From: an uncultured Nitrososphaeraceae archaeon
Lineage (GTDB): Archaea > Thermoproteota > Nitrososphaeria > Nitrososphaerales > Nitrososphaeraceae
Assembly: GCA_963837175.1 (NCBI GenBank)
Contig: CAWIMJ010000047.1
Coordinates: forward strand, 32,001-96,000
Length of the DNA: 64,000 nucleotides
Reading direction: 5' to 3'
Shown here: positions 1-11,426 of the stretch, piece after piece
Position numbering within the stretch: position 1 is the first letter of the stretch
How the letters are laid out: each line of letters opens with the position of its first letter
Notes under the pieces: generated by a model
Database searches by the model: none
Told to the model about the DNA's origin: nothing
The model's input: only the letters and a program-made list of their open reading frames with translations
Position numbers and translations under genes: made by a program

Positions 1-2
1 CT

Positions 3-248
3 ATAGAAAAGGGAGATGTAAGTTCAACTCTCCAAGATTTTGATTATCTTATTAATCCCCTGAAGCATGGAAATGCCATGATAGAACAATTCTTTGAGGA
101 GCATAGAGATCTTAGGCTCTTTCAGATAAGATTAAAAGATAAGGGGCAAGACTATCTTAATTCTCATAAATCTGACTTAATTAAATTATTGACTGAAATT
201 GATTCAAAAATTCGGAATAGTCCAGTATCAAAGCCTATAAAAGATTGA
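3..248 (+). CDS. 3' end of a hypothetical protein (truncated by window edge)
   Basis: Open frame IEKGDVSSTLQDFDYLINPLKHG...SKPIKD* from position 3 to TGA 246-248. Confidence 0.6.
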   Translation: MEKGDVSSTLQDFDYLINPLKHGNAMIEQFFEEHRDLRLFQIRLKDKGQDYLNSHKSDLIKLLTEIDSKIRNSPVSKPIKD

Positions 249-520
249 ATATTAGTAACAGTGAGACAGTTACTATAATAAATTTGGAGCATTTCATACA
301 TTATTATTATTAATACCTCTAAACAATTTACAAGCAGAAGAATTTTTGCGATAATCTTAACAGAATTATAAAATCTAAAGATATCATATCATTATACACA
401 CATGGCGATACTGTGAATCGAAGATATGGCAATGCATCGAGTAAAATTATTTACTTGGTATAATAATCCAAAGGACCTTAACGGATAATGTATTAATAGT
501 TATTGAGAAGAGATCCATAT

Positions 521-1333
521 ATGACAAAGATATTTGCCGACGTGAACGAGAAAGAAATTACTCGCGCCATCTCCGGGATGTTCAATGAGACTATGATGGA
601 ATTTACAGACTCTGATGTAATAATCATTGGATCGGGACCTGCTGGTTTATCGGCAGGTAGAGAATTAGGGAAAATGGGCATAAAGACACTGATTGTTGAA
701 CAGAATAATTACGTCGGTGGTGGTTATTGGGTCGGAGGATATATGATGAACCCTGTAACGGTTAGAGCGCCAGCCCAGAAGGTCTGGGATGAGCTTGGAG
801 TTCCATATAGAAAGATAAATGAAGGACTTTATGCAACATGGGGACCACATGCATGCTCAAAACTCATAGCTGCTACCTGTGATTCGGGTGTTCGATTCCT
901 GCAGTTAACAAAATTTGATGACTTGATCTTAAAAGAGAAGCGTGTATGCGGTGTGGTTATTAATTGGATGCCTGTATCCTCTCTTCCTAGAAATATTACT
1001 TGTGTAGATCCGGTTGCACTTGAGAGTAAAATCGTCATAGATGCTTCAGGTCACGATTCTGTTGCTGTAAAACGCTTAATGGATCGCGGTTATGTCAAGT
1101 GGAAAGGGATGGATCCTATGTGGGTAGAAGGAGGTGAAGATGCTGTAGTCAATAGTACCGACGAGATTTTTCCGGGTTTGATAGCAGCTGGTATGGCAGT
1201 CACAGAGACATACGGCTTGCCACGAATGGGGCCGACATTTGGTTCAATGTTGCTTTCTGGAAAGAGGGCCGCAGAAGTAGCATTCAGTAAACTTAAAGAG
1301 ATGCCTAGTTCTCCTAAACTAAAGATAAAGTAG
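521..1333 (+). CDS. thi4: Thi4-family thiazole biosynthesis enzyme (adenosine diphosphate thiazole synthase)
   Basis: GSGPAG FAD motif, GGGYWVGG, TCVDP, DASGHD, RMGPTFGSMLLSG; ATG at 521 preferred over the track start at 503. Confidence 0.93.
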   Translation: MTKIFADVNEKEITRAISGMFNETMMEFTDSDVIIIGSGPAGLSAGRELGKMGIKTLIVEQNNYVGGGYWVGGYMMNPVTVRAPAQKVWDELGVPYRKINEGLYATWGPHACSKLIAATCDSGVRFLQLTKFDDLILKEKRVCGVVINWMPVSSLPRNITCVDPVALESKIVIDASGHDSVAVKRLMDRGYVKWKGMDPMWVEGGEDAVVNSTDEIFPGLIAAGMAVTETYGLPRMGPTFGSMLLSGKRAAEVAFSKLKEMPSSPKLKIK

Positions 1334-1365
1334 TGTTCAAATTTGTAGACTCGCAATAAATAGTT

Positions 1366-2175
1366 TTGAATTTTCGATATATTCATCTTTATTCTGATTG
1401 TACTATGAGAAATTTGAATATGCATAGAGTCGCTAATGATATAGGAAAAATGTTTTCAAATTGTACAATAGACATAAGGATTCCTTTCCTACAATACATT
1501 AGAAATTTAATATCAGTTAATTGGTTGGCAGAAGAACTTGCGTCTATACATATCTCAGAGACAAAACAACCTTATCATCATCAACCTGAAAGAAGAAATA
1601 AACAAGATAGGAGTAGCGTACTTTTTGAAAAAAATTTGATTATCGATCCATATCCTACCGCCGTCTTGTACGATGGCTTTATAATGCAAAGTATATACTC
1701 AAGGTTGCTACCTGAAAATGAAAAAACGATAGATAATATACACGTAATATTCGATAGCAGATTGACCTGTACATTTAGTGAAGAGGACTACAGGTATCAT
1801 GCCCGAGCTATTATCTGTGGAACGCCATCTATCATATCTACCAGTGGTATAATCGAAGCTCCAGCAAAGCCTAGGGAATTCTATTTTAGACAAATTGGAT
1901 GGATGCCCAGTTCTGGTGATATAGAAGAACTGCAGAAGCAATTTGCTGGAAAATATATTGATTATGATGACGATAGAATAAACTCTGTTGCAACTGGATA
2001 TACTATACAAGCACTTTTTTTCTTCTTGACGGATGGAGATCCATTTTGTAGCGATGCTGGTTGTAGGATTTTTAACGCTCATTGGCAAGAGGATCTAATA
2101 AGGACACAAGTAAATAATCAGAGAATGTGTAAAAAGCATCTTCTTCTGTTAGATAGATTTCTAAATCGGAAGTGA
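1366..2175 (+). CDS. Conserved hypothetical protein, possibly metallopeptidase-like
   Basis: 269-aa ORF; RYHARAII, EAPAKPREFY and C-terminal C..C..NAHWQED..C pattern; start uncertain. Confidence 0.6.
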   Translation: MNFRYIHLYSDCTMRNLNMHRVANDIGKMFSNCTIDIRIPFLQYIRNLISVNWLAEELASIHISETKQPYHHQPERRNKQDRSSVLFEKNLIIDPYPTAVLYDGFIMQSIYSRLLPENEKTIDNIHVIFDSRLTCTFSEEDYRYHARAIICGTPSIISTSGIIEAPAKPREFYFRQIGWMPSSGDIEELQKQFAGKYIDYDDDRINSVATGYTIQALFFFLTDGDPFCSDAGCRIFNAHWQEDLIRTQVNNQRMCKKHLLLLDRFLNRK

Positions 2176-2400
2176 CATAATTCTTCACTTGATAATGTAA
2201 AGCATTTGAAATTGAATGATATGCCAATATTTCTTGAGATTTAGTAATTGGTATCTAAATATTTTTATAAATCGTATCTACATTCAAAAATTTATAGACG
2301 TTATTTTTACGAAATAGAATAATTAGAGATAAAGCACATCTCTCAATTGATATCGAACAAATTATTAAATGGTGCAATGCTTTTTATCTCTTAATATTTA

Positions 2401-3375
2401 ATGTCTAACATAGCCGCGAAAGAACACGATTACCACGTAGATGGGAAAGAAGCGTTTGAAGTAATCATCATCGGTTCAGGACCTGCAGGTTATACAGCTG
2501 GAGTTTATACATCGCGTGCTAAACTTAGAACCCTTATAATTTCGGGTACCCTTCCTGGAGGACAGTTAATGACTACAAGTGAAGTAGAAAACTATCCTGG
2601 TTTTCCTAATGGCATATTTGGACCGGAGCTAATGATGAACATGAGACAACAAGCAGAAAGATTCGGTACCGTTATTGTGGATGATGAAGTCACTCGAGTT
2701 GATTTCAGTAAGCGGCCCTTTTTAGTAACCACGCACTCAGAAAATTATGAAGCAGACTCTATATTAATTTGCACTGGTGCTACCCCTCGGAAATTAGGGA
2801 TTGAAGGAGAACAACAATTCGCTGGTCGTGGGGTATCATATTGTGCTACTTGTGATGGTCCATTCTTCAAAGGCGAAGATATAGTAGTTGTAGGTGGAGG
2901 AGATACAGCATTAGAAGAGGCGACATTCTTGACCAAGTTCGGCAAATCTGTAAAAATAATTCACAGACGAGATTCATTGCGTGGAAGTAAGATTCTTCAA
3001 GAAAAGGCTTTGGAGAATCCAAAGATCCAATTTTTATGGAATAGTGTTGTGGCTGATATTAAAGGTGATAAGAAAATCGGAACGGTTGTTATTAATGATG
3101 TAAACAATGGGAAAGAACAAAAAATTCCGGCAGGAGGATTATTTGTTGCAATAGGTCATGAACCTAATACAGCTATATTTAGAGGTCAACTGGAGATGGA
3201 CGATAAAGGTTACATTATTTTAAAGAGCCAGACGAAGACAAGTGTAGAGGGTGTTTTTGCAGCGGGAGATGTACATGATTATAGATACCGTCAGGCAGTG
3301 ACCGCAGCTGGATTCGGCTGTATGGCCGCATTAGATGTGGAAAAATGGTTGACTGAAAGAAGGCGTAAGAATTAG
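2401..3375 (+). CDS. trxB: Thioredoxin-disulfide reductase
   Basis: GSGPAG, CATCD active site, GGGDTA, AAGDV...RQAVTAAG. Confidence 0.96.
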   Translation: MSNIAAKEHDYHVDGKEAFEVIIIGSGPAGYTAGVYTSRAKLRTLIISGTLPGGQLMTTSEVENYPGFPNGIFGPELMMNMRQQAERFGTVIVDDEVTRVDFSKRPFLVTTHSENYEADSILICTGATPRKLGIEGEQQFAGRGVSYCATCDGPFFKGEDIVVVGGGDTALEEATFLTKFGKSVKIIHRRDSLRGSKILQEKALENPKIQFLWNSVVADIKGDKKIGTVVINDVNNGKEQKIPAGGLFVAIGHEPNTAIFRGQLEMDDKGYIILKSQTKTSVEGVFAAGDVHDYRYRQAVTAAGFGCMAALDVEKWLTERRRKN

Positions 3376-3397
3376 ACACAATTGTTATATGCATAGC

Positions 3398-4399
3398 TCA
3401 CTGTATATATGTAACATTGGAAATATTCTTTGCATTTATAAGAGCATTATCATATTCTTCTTTACGGAAGATACTTTCTTCTAAATAAAGACTTCTAAAT
3501 TTCCTTCCATCATCTGCAAATATCCCTACAAGAAGACCATTATCTAGTTTTTCAGCAGCTCTTAACATAGACGATAAGACAGATCCGGAAGAAGGACCTA
3601 CTAGTAAGCCCTCTCTTGTTACCAATTGCTTAACCATATTAAAGGAATCAATATTAGTGGCAGTCATCCATTCATCAACAACCTTTTCGCGACGCTTAAA
3701 CAGATCTGGCATTGAAGATTCTTCAAAATTTCTCAGACCTTGTAAGAGATGGTTCTTTTGAGCTTGGATTGCAACTACTCTGATATTCGGATTCTTTTCC
3801 TTAAGAAAAGTTGCGGCTCCTGTAATAGTCCCACCTGTACCACAACCGCTAAAGAAATGAGTTATATTACCATTAGTTTGCTCCCAAATCTCCGGACCAG
3901 TACTTTCATAATGAGCCAAATAATTAGCATCATTTTCATACTGGTTTGGCATATAATAGATATCAGGTCTAGGTTTTGATATTGCCTTCGCGAGAGCAAT
4001 ACTTTGATCTGTCCCTGCTCCTACTCTTGGGCATAGATCGTCAGATGTCTCATGAAGAATTGCTCCTAATTGTCTCAAGATTGTTTTCGTTTCTTTGCTT
4101 ACTTTCTCGGGAATAACAATTTCAACCTTATATCCTAATGATGCTGCAATACCAGTTAAAGCAATACCTGTATTTCCAGAAGTGGGCTCGATTATAATGC
4201 TTTTATCTTTCTTTAATATACCTTTTTTTTCTGCATCCTTTATCATCCAATAAGCAGCCCTGTCTTTGACGGAGCCAAAGGGATTAGACCATTCTAATTT
4301 TGCATAAAATTTAATATGTTTTGTTGAGAAGGAGCTAAGTTCTATTAAAGGAGTCCGACCAACATGGTCAATTACTTTGGGTCGAGCAACAGTTGTCAA
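3398..4399 (-). CDS. PLP-dependent cysteine synthase family protein (CysK/CysM-like)
   Basis: NPFGSVKDR PLP lysine, PTSGNTG, GTGGT, GPSSG; likely TTG start at 4399 directly after the tusA stop. Confidence 0.88.
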   Translation of the reverse strand: MTTVARPKVIDHVGRTPLIELSSFSTKHIKFYAKLEWSNPFGSVKDRAAYWMIKDAEKKGILKKDKSIIIEPTSGNTGIALTGIAASLGYKVEIVIPEKVSKETKTILRQLGAILHETSDDLCPRVGAGTDQSIALAKAISKPRPDIYYMPNQYENDANYLAHYESTGPEIWEQTNGNITHFFSGCGTGGTITGAATFLKEKNPNIRVVAIQAQKNHLLQGLRNFEESSMPDLFKRREKVVDEWMTATNIDSFNMVKQLVTREGLLVGPSSGSVLSSMLRAAEKLDNGLLVGIFADDGRKFRSLYLEESIFRKEEYDNALINAKNISNVTYIQ

Positions 4400-4400
4400 T

Positions 4401-4649
4401 CTACTTTGCCTTCTTAATTGTGAATTCAAGATCCTTTGTAACCTTGTTTATTGATAAAAGTTCATGACCGTTTCTTTTTACCCACCTTGAAATATCTTCC
4501 TCAGATTCTGGATCATCAGATAAGATTTTAAGTATATCGCCTCTTGCCAGTTTTTCCATCTCTATCTTAGTACGAAATACTGGTTCAGGACAAAAAAGCC
4601 CTCTAACATCAATAGTTTTAGTTGTAGATTCGCTACTTTTAGTACTCAT
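4401..4649 (-). CDS. TusA/SirA-family sulfur carrier
   Basis: IDVRGLFCPEP (CPxP) and DDP motifs, 82 aa. Confidence 0.9.
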   Translation of the reverse strand: MSTKSSESTTKTIDVRGLFCPEPVFRTKIEMEKLARGDILKILSDDPESEEDISRWVKRNGHELLSINKVTKDLEFTIKKAK

Positions 4650-5104
4650 ACTAACGAACAGAATATATGATTACGTCATAATATTAAATGTTTATGGATG
4701 CCATGGATGAAGGAATTTATGGTACAAATAATGTACTAATAAATTATTAATAATTTATCAAGTATGGTTTGTTTTTTATCATTGAATTGTTGATCTCATT
4801 TTGTTGCGCATCAAACACAAATCTTCAAAGTGTAAAAAGTAGATCTTTTTATCCGAAATAATATCAAGATATTCATATTAAAATCTTTTCTAATAATCTC
4901 TTAGAAAAAGGTCTTATTTCTTGATATTATTTTTTAATACTAGCGAAAAAAATGCAACTATAATTTACGTGACTATGACTATTAATCCCTTGTAGTCCTG
5001 ATGTATTTTAGAATTACGATATCTAATTTATAACTATACTGACAAATTGAATATTCAGAGTGACTAACGGCAACTTATAATGTCGCATTCCTTTCAATTT
5101 CTTA

Positions 5105-5872
5105 TTAGCGAAATAGGTCATTTTCTTTTTTCCTCAATAGAGGCGAAATGGAGCATTTATCGTCTTCATCATAAATACAACCCCTTACTATGGCCACCGG
5201 GATCCGATCTGATTTACCCATTACAAGCTCTGCAGCAGATGCTATTTCGTCTGCTATCGCAATTTCAGTCACCTTCAATTTCCTTCCATACATATCAAGA
5301 GTGCCCACATAGCTTTTTATCGGTTTTATTCCTGCTATACCTATTGCAACATTTGTTTGTCCCTCTCTAAACGGCCTACCGAAGGTATCTGTTATTACTA
5401 TGGCTACTTTTTTTGTAGTTCGCTCTTTAATAGAATGTCTTAATTTCCTTGCAGATTTATCAGCATCAATTGGTAATAAAACCACATAATTTTTGCTGTC
5501 TTTAACATTGCTCTGATCAACTCCTGCATTTGCACAGACAAATCCCTGTCTTGTTTCTGCTATTATTATTCCTCTTTTTTCTCTTATTATCTCTTTTGAT
5601 TCACTCAGAATCATTTCAATAATTCTTGCATCTTTGTAGTGTTTTCTTGCTATCTCGATAGATTTATCTGATGGGTTGATCAGATTTAGGTTCACTATAC
5701 GACCTTCAGCTTTTGAAATAATTTTTTGGGCAATAACTATGATATCTTTGTCATATAGACTCTCATGTGCTTGAGATATAGATTCTAAAATTATCAATTC
5801 TAGTTTATCCTTAGGTTTTATCTCTGCGGAAATATGAATTGGAATAACTTCTAATTTGATATTAACCATCAA
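5105..5872 (-). CDS. cofE: Coenzyme F420-0:L-glutamate ligase
   Basis: KIISKAEG, CANAGVDQSN, DTFGRPFR, ADEIASAAELVMGK. Confidence 0.93.
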   Translation of the reverse strand: MMVNIKLEVIPIHISAEIKPKDKLELIILESISQAHESLYDKDIIVIAQKIISKAEGRIVNLNLINPSDKSIEIARKHYKDARIIEMILSESKEIIREKRGIIIAETRQGFVCANAGVDQSNVKDSKNYVVLLPIDADKSARKLRHSIKERTTKKVAIVITDTFGRPFREGQTNVAIGIAGIKPIKSYVGTLDMYGRKLKVTEIAIADEIASAAELVMGKSDRIPVAIVRGCIYDEDDKCSISPLLRKKENDLFR

Positions 5873-5910
5873 AGGAACGTAAACGGTGTTGATATAAAAA
5901 AATTAATTAA

Positions 5911-6571
5911 TTACCTACTACTTCTCTCTGCAAGAACTGCTCTTCCGAATTTCTTTTCTAGCAAGTTAAGTAATAACGTTAGATCACGTATTTCGATAAC
6001 TGCATCTGACTTTTCTTTAACCTTGTCTACCGGGCAGAATCCTACCGTAAATTCCGCCAGGGAAAACAACTTTAGATCATTTGCACCATCTACTACTACT
6101 ACTGTATCTTCCTTTTTAATACCCCATTCCTTTATTGTTGGTAATACTACGGCTCGCTTTGTCTGATGTAACTTGCATGTTTATACCTTCAAGCTTGCCA
6201 TTCGTAAATATTAATTCGTTTGAAAATATTTTATCTAGTCCAAGATAGTCTTTTAATCTATTAGTTATGATGGTAAATCCTCCAGAAACAGCAATCATTT
6301 TCCACCCAGCTTTTTTTAGAGAAGAACAAAGCTCTTTGGCTCCAGGCATTATTTCTAAATTCTCACCTATTCTTTTAGCATCCTCAAAAGCAATTCCATT
6401 GAGGGCCTTGACACGTTGAACAAGACCTTCTTCCCACTTTATCTCTCCACGAATACCTTGTTTTGTGATATCCCATATTTGCTTCTCCTTCTCAGGACCT
6501 ATCATTTGCGCTAAAACTGGAAGGTATTCAGCATTAAGCAGGACACCCTCTACATCAAAAATTATTAGCAT
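5911..6571 (-). CDS. serB: Phosphoserine phosphatase (HAD), carrying one extra base near 6152-6157
   Basis: FDVEG motif I and VSGGF motif II; after a one-base shift the frame continues VVLPTIKEWG...VDGANDLKLF to TAA at 5911; length 661 = 3n+1. Confidence 0.85.
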
Positions 6572-7243
6572 TGTAGTGTGCTTACTCAAGCATTCCTGCC
6601 AACATATATTAAGCTTATCCATTTTATGATTAGAAATTATATCTAATATTATTAGATGGATTGACTATAAACTTAAATTACTAGATGGGTTCTACTACGC
6701 GTCTGCAAAATAAATTTCTACCCATTTTGGAATTTTTGATTGCTTTGCCTTTCTCAGTTGAGCGTCTGATTGAATCAATCTAGGTGTTATTTGATGTTAA
6801 AAGACACTAATGCTTCAAATCCATTCTGAGGCTGATACCAGCTTTTTACGTTAAAGAAATATTAAAAGCTAACATTGTCATTAAATTGTCACTTTACTAA
6901 TTTTTATATTAACTATGAATTAAATTTATCATCATATCAAAACGGCATTAAGAAAAGTATGCTGTATTGTCTCCTTTAGCTGTTGCAAGATATTTATGAA
7001 TATGATTATTTTCCAAAAGGCTCAAAATTAATGGATTGTCAGAAAATATATATTACAAAATTATCCTTTTCATTCCTTATTAGTTTACTGGAATAGTTCA
7101 GGCCAGAGAAAATGAAGAGCTAATTCGTTTTGATCGACTATTGACCTGTAATAAAACGAAATTTGTATTGATCCAGGAAGGCAATACAATAGGTGTTAGT
7201 CATCAGGAACGATCTTATATAACTATTGTTTTTTTTATTATCT

Positions 7244-7531
7244 ATGAGTGAAGGCTTGGAAACTAAATATTTAGTACCTGTCAAAGCAGTCGAGAAATCC
7301 ATTAAATTAACTGATGAAGCGAAAGCAGAATTGCAAAGCATTGGTATGATGGACGATAAAGGCAAACTTAAGCTAAAGGGAGTTAGTCCTAAGATGATTA
7401 AACGTATGAAATTAGAAGCTGTAGATTGTCCTGTTCTAAACAAAGAAATAGGATTTATTCAATGTTATGTTTGCAAGAACTTCCATAGTAGAATTTCAGG
7501 AAAAGTCTATTGCAAAGGAGAGCCATTTTAA
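7244..7531 (+). CDS. Small Cys-rich hypothetical protein
   Basis: ORF with DCPV...CYVC...YC pattern directly upstream of proS; ATG 7244 preferred. Confidence 0.7.
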   Translation: MSEGLETKYLVPVKAVEKSIKLTDEAKAELQSIGMMDDKGKLKLKGVSPKMIKRMKLEAVDCPVLNKEIGFIQCYVCKNFHSRISGKVYCKGEPF

Positions 7532-7573
7532 ATCACCAAAACTTCATAAAGCCAAAGCTTCTGCCTCTGAATA

Positions 7574-9028
7574 TTGAATTCCGTGAAGGAGATTGGAATT
7601 ACAGTTAAAAAAAATGAAAATTTCAGTGAATGGTATTTGCAGGTGGTACTAAAAACTGGCCTTGCTGACTATGCTCCCGTAAAAGGTTTCATCGTTCTTC
7701 CTCCATATGGTTACGCTATATGGGAATCTATTAAAGATATTTTAGACAGAAAATTCAAGGAAACAGGACATCAGAATGGTTTTCTGCCTGTTTTAATACC
7801 AGAGAGTCTTCTAGTGAGAGAAGAAGATCACTTTGCTGGATTTACACCAGAAGTGTTTTGGGTAACGAAAGCCGGAGAAAATATCCTGTCAGAAAAGCTT
7901 GCTTTGCGCCCTACATCAGAAACCCTTGCATACTCAGTATTTGCAAAGTGGGTGGCGAGCTACAGAGATCTCCCTTTAAAAATTAATTATTGGAATACCG
8001 CATTACGCTCAGAAATAAAAGGAACAAAACCTTTCGTTAGGACTTCAGAGTTTCTATGGCAAGAAGGACACACAGTTCATGCTACTAGCAAAGAAGCCGA
8101 AGAAGAAGTTATGTCAATTTTAATGATTTATAATGATTTGATTCAAAATCATTTGGCCATCCCAACTCTAACCGGACTAAAAAGTGAGAAAGAAAAATTT
8201 GTAGGTGCAGAATATACTGCAACCTTAGAAGCAATGATGTCTGATGGCAAGGCATTACAATTGGGTACCTCTCATTATTTAGGACAAAGATTCTCTAAAC
8301 CTTTTGAAATAAGATATCTTGGAAAGGATTCAAAGGACCATTTTGCTTGGCAGACATCTTGGGGAGTATCTTGGCGGCTTATTGGTGCGTTGATAATGGT
8401 TCACGGCGACGATAAAGGTCTTATTATTCCTCCTAAGGTAGCACCTATTCAAGTGATCATAATCCCAATTTATAAAGATAAGGATAAAGAGATGGTAAAA
8501 TCGTCTGCCGATGAACTGCTTGTTGAATTAAAAAAATCAGGAATTCGAGCACATCTTGATAAAAGAGATGAATATACTGCTGGATGGAAATTCAATGAAT
8601 GGGAAATAAAAGGAGTGCCTCTCCGTATAAATATTGGTCTTAGGGATATCGAAAATCATAAAGTGGAGCTTGTAAGACGTGATATCAAGGAAAAAATCCT
8701 AGTAGATCGAGTACAATTAATTGAAAATGTGCTCTCTCTTTTAGATGAAATTCAAAACAATTTGCTAAATAGAGCAAAGAAACTTCTGGAAGATAATATT
8801 ACCAAAGCGACAAGTTATGATATATTAAAATCGACAGTTCAAAATAAAGGTGGGTTTGTTCTCTGTGGCTGGTGCGCTAATAGACATTGTGAGGATAAAA
8901 TAAAGGAAGAGACAGGGGCTGATATTCGAGTGATTCCATTTACAGGACAGGAAGAATCTCGTTCAGCAATTTGTATATATTGCCATCAGCCTGCAAAAAA
9001 AATTGCAATATTTGCTAGGTCTTATTAG
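7574..9028 (+). CDS. proS: Proline--tRNA ligase, archaeal/eukaryal type
   Basis: RPTSET, FVRTSEFLWQEGHT, QTSWGVSWR, C-terminal Zn site and terminal ARSY. Confidence 0.97.
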   Translation: MNSVKEIGITVKKNENFSEWYLQVVLKTGLADYAPVKGFIVLPPYGYAIWESIKDILDRKFKETGHQNGFLPVLIPESLLVREEDHFAGFTPEVFWVTKAGENILSEKLALRPTSETLAYSVFAKWVASYRDLPLKINYWNTALRSEIKGTKPFVRTSEFLWQEGHTVHATSKEAEEEVMSILMIYNDLIQNHLAIPTLTGLKSEKEKFVGAEYTATLEAMMSDGKALQLGTSHYLGQRFSKPFEIRYLGKDSKDHFAWQTSWGVSWRLIGALIMVHGDDKGLIIPPKVAPIQVIIIPIYKDKDKEMVKSSADELLVELKKSGIRAHLDKRDEYTAGWKFNEWEIKGVPLRINIGLRDIENHKVELVRRDIKEKILVDRVQLIENVLSLLDEIQNNLLNRAKKLLEDNITKATSYDILKSTVQNKGGFVLCGWCANRHCEDKIKEETGADIRVIPFTGQEESRSAICIYCHQPAKKIAIFARSY

Positions 9029-10014
9029 TAAGTTATACACCTATGACAATACCAGTGGTAGCTTTGCAAATCATTATTCGTGAGGTTCTGTCCTAGAATT
9101 ATACTATTGAAATCCAGTTTTATAGTGAAAGTGTATTAAATCGTGGGCGAGACCGTTAATGATAAAGAAATAGGGGAATTCATTATAAAAAATCAGAATA
9201 AATCATTACGAACTGATGTCACTTTTATTAGTAAGGCAATAAGATTCTGATTAATGTTCTCTTAGAGATTATCTGATACCCTATTAAGATTTCAGATATG
9301 ACTACTATAAAGACAAGAATTAGTTTTACCCGTCGTCGGGCAGGCCTTTGACCTTATGCCGTATCTCTTGAGTTTGAATTATCTGTCAGCTAACGACATA
9401 TTAATTGATTTTTTAACACTTTTTATACTCTGCGTTTAATCCGCTTTCGAGATGATAATTGTTATTCTCGATCCAAATGTAATTTACCTAATCTAACAAT
9501 TGAATAAACCCAACAAATGCTGTCAAGAGATAACAAAAAGGTTGATACATATTTGAAAATATTTTGACTATTCGAAAGACTCTTTCTTCTTTATATATAA
9601 TATCATTTTAGTATGGATATGGTAGAAGGAGAAATTGAGCCCAGATATCTTTTTTTCGCTGACGTTCAAACCTGATAGAGATATTATACATCAAGAGAAC
9701 TTTTGCTTGGATTGCGTTGTATAGACCTATATTCATTTTGATGGTCAAATTAAAAACGATGGAAATGTAGAAAGTATTAACAATGAAAGATGAGTTAACT
9801 TGTATTATTACCTATATTATTATTGCGCCAATATGACTATAGATGACGATAAACAAATTCATAACTCATAAATAAACCAAGATAACTATTCAGGTCATGT
9901 CAATCTGGTCAAATTCAAATTCATCTGTATGCTTTTTTATAATTAACTCAGATGTACATATGACTCTGCAGACTAACAACTAGACATAACAGCATATCTA
10001 TTGAGGTATTCTGG

Positions 10015-10654
10015 TTGGTCAATATAGAGGAACTCTTTGCATTTTATGCTGAATTTGGATACATAGGTATACTACTAATAAGTTTCGTTGGAAGCGTCAT
10101 CGTTTTCATTCCAATCCCTTATTTTCCTGTACTTGTCACAGCGAGCATTAAACAAACAATTAGATCCTCACTTATTAGCTCTTTCTAGTGCAATAGGAGC
10201 GGTCATAGCAAAAATGATAATTTTCTACGTTAGTTATTATGGCCGAAACATTCTGAGTACCAAGACGAAGAGGAGAATTCTTCCGCTTCAAAGGCTGCTC
10301 AGTAAGTATGGTGGTCCAGGAGCTTTTATTGCCGCTCTTACTCCTATACCAGATGATCTAATTTATATTCCCCTTGGACTTTCAAAGTATAACCCTTGGA
10401 AATTCGCAATTGCAACATTTCTTGGAAAATTTCTTCTGAATGAAATAATTGTATTAGGAGCAGTTTTTCTAGGAAGACCATTCATTGAAAGTCTCGGCAC
10501 TAATTCTATCGATCCAGTATATTTGGTTATTGGAGCCATTACGAGTTGTATAGTATTGGGAATAATATTATATCTATATTTAAAAATTGATTGGGCAAAG
10601 ATAATTGGAAAATGGTTTCCCTGGACACTTCAAGATGATCGTGATGAAAAATAA
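10015..10654 (+). CDS. DedA/VTT (YqaA-like) membrane protein, carrying one extra base near 10141-10146
   Basis: TTG 10015 frame gives MVNIEELFAFYAEFGYIGILLISFVGSVIVFIPIPYFPVLVTA, then shifts into the ORF with ALTPIPDD motif; length 640 = 3n+1. Confidence 0.75.
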
Positions 10655-11027
10655 TTCGAATATCACAGGCGCTCTGGTTTACTAAAGATGGATTATGCCG
10701 TGAGATTACGCTTGCTAATTAGTTTGAATTGCAACACTGAGACCAAGCTCTGGCTATCCTAATACAAATTTAACTATCTTGATTTGATTGGCTGCTAGCA
10801 AATGCATGCATAAAAGTCAATTTCGATCCTATTATTCTTCATATAGTTTTATTTTACCTTATTTTTATCAACAATATGAAATGCTTTTAAGTTGATTGAA
10901 TCAACGATTATCGCAAGATGTACAGGGGATTTAAATTACTAATTAGGGGGTTGTCTTTATGACAAATGCTCTACTGAAAAATAAGAGATTGTATATAGGC
11001 ACTTCTCATTCTACTGTCTTTACGACT

Positions 11028-11304
11028 TTAGCTAATGGGATTTCTTGAGTACCTAAATTTTAGTAAAAGCAATACAAGATTTAATGACACTCCTAAAATA
11101 TTTCCCCCAACGATCACGACGTCATTTCTTCCTATTCCATATATTACCCATAATGATAAGCCGACGATTAATGACAAGATCAACCAGACAGATAAATCCT
11201 CCGTCTTTTTGGTCTTGAGGCTTTTAACTATTTGCGGTACTGGTACTTGAAAGGGCAAATATGCTAGCCATTATGCCTATAACAGATATCATAAAGTCGA
11301 ACAT
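11028..11304 (-). CDS. SemiSWEET/PQ-loop transporter, carrying one extra base near 11237-11246
   Basis: MFDFMISVIGIMASIFALSST joins VPQIVKSLKTKKTEDLS...LWVIYG...N; length 277 = 3n+1. Confidence 0.8.
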
Positions 11305-11426
11305 AGAGATTTACTTTCCTTATAGATGCACATGATTATTGGTAGATATATTAACTCGACATGTCCGCTAATTGCTACATTGGTATAAAAGATTGTTTAT
11401 TCTTATAACGATCGAAAACCAAATAT

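Noticed and set aside
250-520. TPP riboswitch upstream of thi4
   Set aside because: No GCTGAGA core or matching aptamer stems found.
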